Part shown: piece after piece, positions 30,231 to 41,060 of the stretch
How positions within the stretch are numbered: position 1 is the first letter of the stretch
Layout of the letters: each line of letters starts with the position of its first letter
Assembly: GCA_964016885.1 (NCBI GenBank)
Contig: OZ024759.1
Coordinates: 18,414,001-18,478,000, forward strand
From: Eledone cirrhosa
Taxonomy: Eukaryota
Direction: 5' to 3'
Length of the DNA stretch: 64,000 nucleotides
The notes under the pieces: generated by a model
What the model was told of the DNA's origin: nothing
Database searches by the model: none
What the model saw: only the letters and a program-made list of their open reading frames with translations
Program-made: the position numbers and the translations under genes

Positions 30231-30362
30231 CCCTTTAGCATTTACATTGCTCTATATATACTATTGTATTTTCATGGTTAAATTTTTTTCCTCCCATAGT
30301 ATGGAATCTATGAGAACAATACCTTAACATCAGTATGAGCAGCCGGTTTAAATGCTAAAGGA
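30231..30362. mobile_element. piggyBac-like MITE (short copy)
   Basis: TTAA-CCCTTTAGCATTTA ... TAAATGCTAAAGGA-TTAA. Confidence 0.7.
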
Positions 30363-31669
30363 TTAACATATATGTTACCATCTTAGTAAGTATATTTACT
30401 TACATATTAATTGTTCTGTATATATGTTCGCAATACTAGTAATTTCGAATTTAATATATATATAGAGTGAGGTAACACTCGGAATATATCGTGTTATCTC
30501 GCTTTCTTTCCGTTTCTATATTAAAAAAAAAAAAAAAAATGTTACCTCTAAGTATGACTAATTTACTTAGCAGAATTGCGGCGATGCGCGTAGCGGTTCC
30601 GACTTCGTCGTCTACCTATGTATGGCGTGACCATACTATGTGTCTGAAGTTCCAATCGTTACAAGGTCTTCGTGGCTTTTGCAGGGAGAAGGGGTAGAGG
30701 ACTCACCTGGAGGGGCTAACCCCAGTGCACAAGCCAGGTAAACATACAGTAATGCATTGGGGTCGATTTAATTGACTTTCCCTTGAGCCAAAGTAAAAAC
30801 AAGGAGGACCCTCCAACTGTACCAAATACATGACAACCACCCTGGTGTTGGTATCACTTAGTAAACTCAGTAAAGTGGTTTTCGTAAGGGCATCCCTCCA
30901 AATAAAGGGTCAGGAGGACACTCCTGCTGTATCAAAGATATGACAACCTCATTAGTGCTGGTGTCCTGATAAAAATGCATTCAGTAATAGCGCCTGGCTG
31001 TTTAGTCGCTTTCGTATGATATACTATTTACACCTACCTAGTTGTTCTTTTGTCTACGTATTCTTAATGAAATACACATCCACTTGTTTCAATATATAGC
31101 GAATATAACAACATTTAACATATTTTTTATTAATAAATATGTATCTAGTATAGTTTAAAAATTGTTTCTACTTCTTCCTGGGGTAGATCCTTTGTCTTTA
31201 TTAAATCCTTCTGCCGACTATTTCTCCCCATCACTGTGTGGTTGTCTTCCTCTCCCTCTCCAGATCTAACTCATTCCCAATTAGCAATCGAACGTGGTGG
31301 TTTCGATTATTCGAAGTTGCCTACCTCTTGCGATCTTTCCGAGGTACACACAATAAGTCCAGCTGTTCACCATCTATGTTTTAAGCCCTTTTTCTCCCAT
31401 TTGATTTTACCGTGCGAAACTTCAGTATTTCTTCGCATAGTGGTTAATGTCATAAGTTCGATTCCTTGATCGTGTTGTGTTCTTGAGCAAAACACTTCAT
31501 TTCACATGGCTCCAGTATACTTAGCTGAAAATGAGATAGACTGGCGTTCTGTCCAGGTTCCTGTATTTTCAGCCGACTAACTGACTCGGATAAGCACCGG
31601 TCTAATGAGCCTCCGGGTTTGAGACAGACCTTGCAATCGACTGGCGTGTCATTCCAATGTTTGTGAGCA

Positions 31670-31870
31670 TTCTCCATACTGATTGAGCCGTACTGCTCAC
31701 CTTTGCCAGTCTTGCTGATTTCCCTGTCAATCTTGGCATCCGATGTGAAGATGCATCCCAGGTAGCTGATATGATGGTCTGTTTTCAGTTCAGTCTCGCC
31801 AATGGGGAGGGTGGTACTCTTCCTGAGGTGCAGGCTGGTGGAATACCTCCATCTTCTTTAAGCTTACTTA
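31670..31870 (-). mobile_element. RTE LINE fragment
   Basis: Translates IGETELK...SYLGCIFTSDAKIDREI, the post-RT YLG motif of RTE elements. Confidence 0.6.
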
Positions 31871-33363
31871 CAGTCCAGAGAGCTGGGCAGCCTATGCGAA
31901 ACTGGGAGTGATACGCATCAAGATTCTTTCTCTGTGATAACAGAATGGGCCTGTCTTTTAACGTCCCTGATATACAGTAGTAGCTGTCTACCCCCCCCCC
32001 CCACACACACACACAGACACACAGACACACACGGCAGCTGTTATATCAAAGGATGGGTCTGTCTTTTAACTGATATACAGTATATTGTGGAAGCTGTCCC
32101 TCCATACGGCCTACAGTTACATCTAAGGATGGGCCTGTCTTTTGACGTCCCTTATATAGAGTATATTATGGCAACAGTACATCCATGCGGCCAATAGTTA
32201 CATCTAACGTTGTTTGTCCTTCCATGTTGCTTCTAATATAAGGCTGGGTATGTTTTTTAACGTCCCTTACATAGAGTTTATTGTGGTAGCTGTCCCCCAC
32301 TCGGCAGCTGTTACATCTAAGGTTGTGTTTGTCTTTTAACGTCCCTGATATAGAGTATATTTAGGTAGCTGACACTCGATACGGCCCACTGTCAAATCTA
32401 ATATAAGGTTGGGCCTGTCTTTTAACAGTATATTGTGGTAGCCGTCCCTCCATATGGAGAGGTGTCACATCTGATATAAGGTGAGGTCTGCTGTCTCTCC
32501 ATACGGCCCACATTTGCAGCTTATAAAAGGTTGATCTGTCTTTTAACATCCCAAGAACTGGGGTCATATGTCAATCGCACACCGTCACTCTTAAACCTGG
32601 AATCCATCAAGGTATGTATTAGTCACATTTGTATCGATTTTTTAAAATTATTCGTTGATAAAATGATATATGTAAACGGCATAAATGGAAGTAATCCAGG
32701 GGTGAATATATTTTTCATTTCAAGATTGTTAATGCGTTGCTGGTCATGTGGTGATATATGTGTATTGTTACGGGGTGCACTTATGGTTGTCGATCGAATA
32801 CCGATGGTGACTGTCTTATTCTTCAATTGTGGATCATTTGGTGACTGGTAACTGTACAGGCAGTACATATTTCAGTGGAAGTGTTGTATGTCACACCTCA
32901 GTTTCCTTCCCTCTCGGCTTCTAAGACTTTCTCCGTGCCCAACGCTTGGTTAGAGGGCCAAAGGCTGTGCATAATAAGGTCGCCAAAAAAATGGTTAAAA
33001 GAGACATGTCTAAGCTGTATAATCTTCTATGGCTATCGCTTGACTGTAAACATGTTTAAACTCTCTCGCTGGAGGGTAAACAAAGCGGTTTAAAGATGTC
33101 TAACTTCCTTCTCCATCGTAGATCTTTCAGTCATCAAAGGGTCAGTATCGAACTTCGATAAACCACCACAATTAAACTCCCTAAACACTCCGTTGGCAGA
33201 CATCGAATACCCCATCTTCACAGCACCACCAATGCGTTAATAATTGTCTTATGAAAAAAATATTTAAATCCAAAATCACTTCCCTTTGTTCCGTTTGCAT
33301 ATATTAATTTATTTTTCAACAAAATCTTTCAAAAGTACCCATAAGTACCACTATTTAACTCAC

Positions 33364-33456
33364 TAGAATTGTGGCCTTCGCGGTGGCGTGCGACTGCTAA
33401 CTGGACCGGCGCATCGATGCAAGGCCCGACCCTGACCACCGTGAAGAACTTTTTTT
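33364..33456 (+). ncRNA. Candidate Pol III structured RNA, module Y (short form)
   Basis: Terminal stem cttcgcggtgg/ccaccgtgaag followed by T7. Confidence 0.3.
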
Positions 33457-34937
33457 CGAAATTTCTCTTAATATATTTTTGAAGTTTCTAGATTCTTAAA
33501 ACCCTTGAAGGTTATTAACATTCTTGGAAGACAGTTAGATTCGAACCTTTCTAACTTAGAATCTAACCCTTGATACTTCTTACCTAGATTCGAACCTTTG
33601 ATACTTTCTTTACATACTTCAAGGTTCTTATTACATTCTTACCCTTGATACTTCTTACATTTTTGACTTACTTAGATTCGAACCTTTGATACTTCAAGGT
33701 TCGTTCTTGGAAGACAGTTTGATTCGAACCTTCGATGCTTTCTTTACATACTTAAAGGTTCTTGATACTTGGAACCTTGATGGGTACTCCATTCTTGGAC
33801 GACTGTTGGATTCGAACCCTTAATGACACTTTTGGACGAATGTTACATTGGTAATACTATCTATACATTTTTTTTTTTTTTTGTCAAAATAAACGGAACA
33901 CAATTCGTATGTAATATGTAAACTTTATTCATTTTTGTCAAATAAACTGAACACGATTCGTATAAGATGTTCGACATTTTTTACGGCAACACAGCATATG
34001 ACCTCGAAGGCTGGACATCTGTAAAAGAAAATAAAAAGAACATTAAATTTCATAAAATTCTTCAAATTTTGTTCTTTTATTATATATACATTTAAAAAGA
34101 GGAAACCTTTTCCTACATCAAAGTTACGTAGATTAAAACCTAGGGTGTAATATTCACCCTGACCTAAGACGACAGATCTCAAAAGGTTATTCATAATAAC
34201 CAGAATTTACAATACACGAGGATATCATGAAGGGAACTAGAAATAATATTGTTGGATGGAAACTAAGAGTGTTGTAAATGAAGTATCAAAGAATGTAGCA
34301 AGAAGTATCTCATCCAACTGTCTTCCAAGAATGTAAAGAAAGTATCTAAGGTTCTAATCCAAGGTTTAAGGGGACACGTGTGCGAGAAATCAAGATTCAT
34401 TGGGTGAATATTTCTTCGAAAGCATGTATACAGTGTCGAGATGGCTTAATTTAGTTTCTTAGAAGAGGTAACACTATTTGTGTGTGTATTTTGTTTTAAA
34501 TTTCAAAGAAAGCCACAGAAAATAAAATATGAACACAATAACCAAAGTGTGTATCTAATGAAATGTATGTTTTCTGAAGAGTAGAAAAAAAATCTATATG
34601 AAACTAGTGATTTTGAAATGTCGAGAAAAATTCTATATGAAACGTATGTTTTCTGAAAAGTCGAAAAAGGAAATCTACATTTAATTGGTGTTTTGTGAAA
34701 GGTGTATATCTAATAGAATGTATGTATATAGAAAACAATATCCAAAATGTGAGCGTTATTGACATAAAGTGTATATATTAGTCCTAGTATAGAGCAAAGC
34801 AAACATTACATACCTCTCTACATGAAAGTAATATCCAAAATGGTTCTCTTCCAAAGAACCGGAAGTTACTTGAAAAAAGTCACTTCAAAAAAAGAAGAGT
34901 TTAAAAAAGGGGAGATAATTCTAATAAAATTTTGAGC

Positions 34938-35118
34938 AAAAATCGATTGTTCGCGAGGCCCGGGACGCAGGTCAGACAAGTAGCCAGCCTGCGAAATAGT
35001 CCCAGCTGCATAAACCACGAAGACCTCGTAACGATTCGAACTTCAGACACATAGAATGGTCACGCCATACATAGGTAGACGACAAAGTTAGAACCGCTAC
35101 CCGCAAAGCTGCAATTCT
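34938..35118 (-). ncRNA. Candidate Pol III RNA, module X
   Basis: A-box-like GTAGCGG, B box GTTCGAATC (35033-35041) and T5 end on the minus strand. Confidence 0.3.
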
Positions 35119-37024
35119 TATAAGTAAAATTAGTATACTTATAGGTAAAATTTTAGTATTTTGTACATTTATGCAGAACAATTATTATGGAGATAAATAT
35201 ATGTATTTCTCTCTATAAACCTCATTCTGTAGATCTTTCCTTAGAGACATACATATAAAACTATATACTCTCAACTAAGAAAAATATATAAACCTTCTTC
35301 TCTATACCTTTCCTTTTTTCTTCTAATAAACCTCTATACACAGCTACATTTTATTATCTTCTCTATTTCTTTCACACGTGTCCTCTTCTATGTAGAGAGA
35401 AACCTTTGTGAGAATCGAACTCACGATTGTAAAGTCCGACAACTTTACATAAATACTTTGCGCATTGATGTCCAATTATATCGGCGCATGCGTACTTTAG
35501 TGAAAATTAAATGGCCGCATGAAGAACTACATGTTTTACAACGTGAATTAAAAAAACGTTAAAAACTTGGATTTTACTAATTTTACGGAGGTAAACTAAA
35601 GCTTTATTTTATGTTGATCAGTTTTATTGAAACATTTTCTGTTTATTTCCCTCCATAATGTCAGAAATAATTATTTAAACATTAGTTTTGTTTAGCCACA
35701 TCTTACATTCTAATGTAATACAACACCCCCTCATACATATTTCTTGCTCATACGAAATAGTGTATTTTGTTAATTATTATGTAAGCTGGTAAATAATATA
35801 TTTCTATTTCCCTTCATCATATCCTCGTATTTTGTAATCAGAGGTTAACTGTTGATTCGTGTTAACTAGATCGATATCGCTTTAACTTTTAACCTACAAT
35901 CATTTATATTCTTAGTTTCTTTCGTTAGAAACTTTATTTATATTTTTAGTTTCTTATTTTCCCACCAACAATATTATGTAGACAATAGTTTTGTTTAAGC
36001 TACTGCCACATTTCTACTGTTACATCTAAGGTTGTGTTTGTCTTTTAACGTCCCTGATATTAGGTATATTAGTATATTTAGGTAGCTGCCCCTCGATACG
36101 GCCCACTGTCAAATCTAATATAAGGTTGGGCCTGTCTTTTAACAGTATATTGTGATAGCGATTCCTCCATACTGAGAGGTGTCACATCTGATATAAGGTG
36201 AGGTCTGCTGTCCCTCCATACGGCCCACATTTGCAGCTTATAAAAGGTTGACCTGTCTTTTAACATCCCAAGAACATGTGTCAATCGCACACCCTTAAAC
36301 CTGGAATCTATCAAGGTACGTATTAGTCACATCGATTTTTTTAATTATTCGTTGATAAAATGATATATGTAAACGGCATAAATGGAAGTAATCCAGGTGT
36401 GAATATATTTTTCATTTCAAAATTGTTAATGCGTTGCTGGTCATGTGGTGATATATGTGTATTGTTACGGGTGCACTTATGGTTGTCGATCGAAAACCGA
36501 TGGTGACTGTCTTGTTCTTCAATTGTGGATCATTTGGTGATTGTACATATGTCAGTCTATACCTCCTCCCCCTCGAAAGCTCAGTGCCCTGTCTGGCTTC
36601 TAAAACTTTCGCTGTGGCCAACGCTTGGTTAGAGGGCCAAAGGCATGTACATAATGTCGACAAAAAAAAGAAAACGGTTAAAAGAGACATGTCTAAGCTG
36701 TATAATCTTCTATGAGTATCGCTTGACTGTAAACATGTTTAAACCCTCTCGCGGGAGGGTAAACAAAGCGGTTTAAAGACATTCTAACTTCCTTCTCCAT
36801 CGTAGACATCGAACTTAGATAAACCACCACAATTAAACTCCCTAAACACTCCGTTGGCAGACATCGAAAACCCCATCTTCATAGCACCACCAATGCGTTA
36901 ATAATTGTCTTATGAAAAAAATATTTAAATCCAAAATTACTTCCCTTTGTTCCGTTTGCATATATTAATTTTTTTTTCAACAAAATCTTTCAAAAGTACG
37001 TATAAGTACCACTATCTAACTCAG

Positions 37025-37188
37025 TAGAATTGCGGCCTTCGCGGTGGCGTGCGAACTGCGTCTCGGACTACCAGTCTCCCTGGCTGGCGTTCTATTCGTG
37101 GTGGCGTGCGACTGCATCGGCCTGGGACTATTCTGGGCCGGCACATAGATGCAAGGCCCGTCCCTGACCACCGTGAAGCCTTTTTTTT
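37025..37188 (+). ncRNA. Candidate Pol III structured RNA, module Y (long form)
   Basis: Upstream TATAAG at 37001, 11-bp terminal stem (37037-37047 with 37168-37178), T8 at 37181-37188. Confidence 0.35.
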
Positions 37189-37365
37189 GAAATTTTTTTA
37201 ATATGCAAATTAGATAAAAAAAAAAAGAAGAAAAAAATCTTTGACATAGTAAATATATATATATATATTTACTATGTCGACATAGTATATATATATATAT
37301 GTCGACATATATATATATATATAGTGAGACTTGTCGAAGATTTAATCTAATATGCTAATTTCGAA

Positions 37366-37630
37366 AATCTAATATGCTAATTTGGAAATTATATTAGAAG
37401 AAATTTCTTTTAATATAATTTCTAATTTGCATATCTAATATGCTAATTTGGAAATTATATTAGAAGAAATTTATTTTAATACAATTTCTAATTTGCATAT
37501 CTAATATGCTAATTTGGAAATTATATTAGAAGAAATTTCTTTTAATACAATTTCTAATTTGCATATCTAATATGGAAATTATATTAGAAGAAATTTCTTT
37601 TAATATAATTTCTAATTTGCATATTAGAAA
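37366..37630. repeat. Tandem ~66-bp imperfect palindromes (~4 copies)
   Basis: atatgctaatttggaaattatattagaagaaatttcttttaatataatttctaatttgcatat is nearly self-complementary about GAAATTTC. Confidence 0.85.
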
Positions 37631-37699
37631 TTTTTTCTAATATGATATTTTTGAAGTTTCTAGATTCTTAAAACCCTTGAAGGTTATCAACACTCTTTG

Positions 37700-38350
37700 A
37701 AGACAGTTAGATTCGAACCTTTTTAACCAAACTTGGATTCTTAGATTCTAACCCTTGATACTTCTTACTACATTCTTGACTGAGATTCGAACCTTTGATA
37801 CTTTCTTTACATGGTTCAAGGTTCTTATTTCATTCTAACCCTTGATATTTCTTACTACATTCTTGACTTAGATTCGAACCTTTGATACTTTCTTTACATA
37901 GTTCAAAGTTCTTATTACATTCTAACCCTTGATACTTCTTACTACATTCTTGACTGAGATTCGAACCTTTGATACTTTCTTTACATGGTTCAAATTTCAT
38001 TCTAACCCTTGATACTTCTTACTACATTCTTGACTTAGATTCGAACCTTTGATACTTTCTTTACATGGTTCAAGGTTCTTATTACATTCTTACCCTTGAT
38101 ACTTCTTACCACATTTTTGACTTACTTAGATTCGAACCTTTGATACTTTCTTTACATACTTCAAGGTTCTTATTACATTCTTACCCTTGATACTTCTTAC
38201 CACATTTTTGACTTACTTAAATTCGAACCTTTGATACTTCAAGGTTCATTCTTGGAAGACAGTTTGATTCGAACCTTCGATGCTTTCTTTACATACTTAA
38301 AGGTTCTTGATGGTGACTCCATTCTTGGACGACTGTTGGATTCGAACCCT
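37700..38350. repeat. ~88-bp tandem repeat carrying GGTTCGAATC (minus strand) in each unit
   Basis: About 9 (g)attcgaacc motifs; a shorter version with 5 motifs lies at 33535-33820. Confidence 0.8.
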
Positions 38351-39496
38351 TAATGACACTTTTGGACGACTGTTACATTGGTAATACTGTCTATACATTT
38401 TTTTTTTTTGTCAAAATAAACTGAACACAATTCGTATATAATATGTAAACTTTATTCATTTTTGTCAAATAAACTGAACACGATTCGTATAAGATGTTCG
38501 ACATTTTTTACGGCAACACAGCATATGACCTCGAAGGCTGGACATCTGTAAAAGGAAATAAAAAGAACATTAAACTTTATAAAATTCTTCCAATTTTGTT
38601 CTTTTATTATATATACATTTAAAAAGAGGAAACCTTTTCCTACATCAAAGTTACGTAGATTAAAACCTAGGGTATAATATTCACCCTGACCTAAGACGAC
38701 AGATCTCAAAAGGTTATTAGTAATAACCAGAATTTACAATAGACGAAGGGAACTAGAAATAATATTGTTGGATGGAAACTAAGAGTGTTGAAAAAAGAAA
38801 CGAAAATTGTAAATGAAGTTTCTAACGAAAGAAACTAAGAGTATCAAAGAATGTAGCAAGAAGTATCTCATCCAACTGTCTTCCAAGAATGTAAAGAAAG
38901 TATCTAAGGTTCTAATCCAAGGTTTAAGGGGACACGTGTGCGAGAAATCAAGATTCATTGGGTGAATATTTCTTCGAAAGCATGTATACAGTGTCGAGAT
39001 GGCTTAATTTAGTTTCTTAGAAGAGGTAACACTATTTGTGTGTGTATTTTGTTTTAAATTTCAAAGAAAGCCACAGAAAATAAAATATGAACACAATAAC
39101 CAAAGTGTGTATCTAATGAAATGTATGTTTTCTGAAGAGTAGAAAAAAAATCTATATGAAACTAGTGATTTTGAAATGTCGAGAAAAATTCTATATGAAA
39201 CGTATGTTTTCTGAAAAGTCGAAAAAGGAAATCTACATGAAATTGGTGTTTTGTGAAAGGTGTATATCTAATAGAATGTATGTATATAGAAAACAATATC
39301 CAAAATGTGAGCGTTATTGACATGAAGTGTATATATTAGTCCTAGTATAGAGCAAAGCAAACATTACATACCTCTCTACATGAAAGTAATATCCAAAATG
39401 GTTCTCTTCCAAAGAACCGGAAGTTACTTGAAAAAAAGTCACTTCAAAAAAAGAAGAGTTTAAAAAAGGGGAAATAATTCTAATAAAATTTTAAGC

Positions 39497-39678
39497 AAAA
39501 ATCGATTGTTCGCGAGGTCCGGGACAAGTAGCCAGCCTGCGAGATAGTCCCAGCTGCATAAGCCACGAAGACCTCATAGCGATTCGAACTTCAGACACAT
39601 AGAATGGTCACGCCATACATAAGTAGACGACAAAGTCGGAACCGCTACGCGCATCACCATGCAAAGCCGCAATTCTAC
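39497..39678 (-). ncRNA. Candidate Pol III RNA, module X
   Basis: Upstream TATAAGTA, start TAGAATTGCGGC shared with module Y, A-box-like GCGTAGCGG, B box GTTCGAATC (39581-39589), T5 end. Confidence 0.35.
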
Positions 39679-39769
39679 TAAGTAGAATTAGTATACTTAT
39701 AGGTAAAATTTTATAAAGTTTAACTTTCTTTTTATTGACAACGTCTGTATATATATATATTTATTGACA

Positions 39770-41060
39770 ACGTCTTTTATTTCTTTTACAGATGTCCAAT
39801 CATCGAGGTCATATGCTGTGTTGTTTGCCGTAACAAGTAGGAATGTCGTAGTTTTTGTTAATAAAGAAAGTTTACATCTTATATACGAATTGTGTTCAGT
39901 TTATTTTGCAAAAAATGAATAAAGAAATCAAGAGTCTACAAGAAACTGAGTAAGACGCGCTATAAAGAACGTAAGTGTATATGAAGTTTCTAAATAAAGA
40001 AACTAAGAGGTAGATAAAGTTTCTTGAAAGAAACTAAGAATGATGAAGTTACTAAATCAAGAAACTAAGAGGTAGATAAAGTTTCTTGAAAGAAACTGAG
40101 AATGATGAAGTTACTAAATAAAGAAACTAAGAATGTTTTTGAAATTATCGAAAAAAAAAAATCTATGTAATGAGTCCCCCTTTTTTTTTTTTTTTTTTTT
40201 ATTAAAGGGAGGTAACTCTGTAATATTTTTGAGAGAACACCTTCGTCACCGTCGTTACCACCGTCGGCACCTTCGTAACCGTCGTCACCATTACCGCCGC
40301 CACCTGGTGGCGGAGGTAAAGATACCGACGACGACGAAGTTGCACCGTCGTCTTCGTCGGTACCTTTGCCGCCGCCACCTGGTGGCGGAGGTGAAGACAC
40401 CGACGAAGACGACGGTGCAACTTCGTCGTCGTCGGTACCTTTGCCGCCGCCACCTGGTGGCGGAGGTGAAGACACCGACGAAGACGACGGTGCAACTTCG
40501 TCGTCGTCGGTATCTTTACCTCCGCCACCAGGTGGCGGCGGTAATGGTGACGACGGTTACGAAGGTGCCGACGGTGGTAACGACGGTGACGAAGGTGTTC
40601 TCTCAAAAATATTACAGAGTTACCTCCCTTTAATAAAAAAAAAATAAAAAAAGGGGGTACTCATTACATAGATTTTTTTTTTTCGATAATTTCAAAAACA
40701 TTCTTAGTTTCTTTATTTAGAAACTTTATCATTCTTAGTTTCTTTCAAGAAACTTTATCTACCTCTTAGTTTCTTGATTTAGTAACTTCATCATTCTTAG
40801 TTTCTTTCAAGAAACTTTATCTACCTCTTAGTTTCTCTATTTAGAAACTTCATATACACTTACGTTCTTTATAGCGCGTCTTACTCAGTTTCTTGTAGAC
40901 TCTTGATTTCTTTATTCATTTTTTGCAAAATAAACTGAACACAATTCGTATATAAGATGTAAACTTTCTTTATTAACAAAAACTACGACATTCCTACTTG
41001 TTACGGCAAACAACACAGCATATGACCTCGATGATTGGACATCTGTAAAAGAAATAAAAG
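39770..41060. repeat. Near-perfect long palindrome with GC-rich multi-hairpin centre
   Basis: Arms ~39770-40361 and 40474-41060 are reverse complements apart from homopolymer lengths and a few substitutions. Confidence 0.92.
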
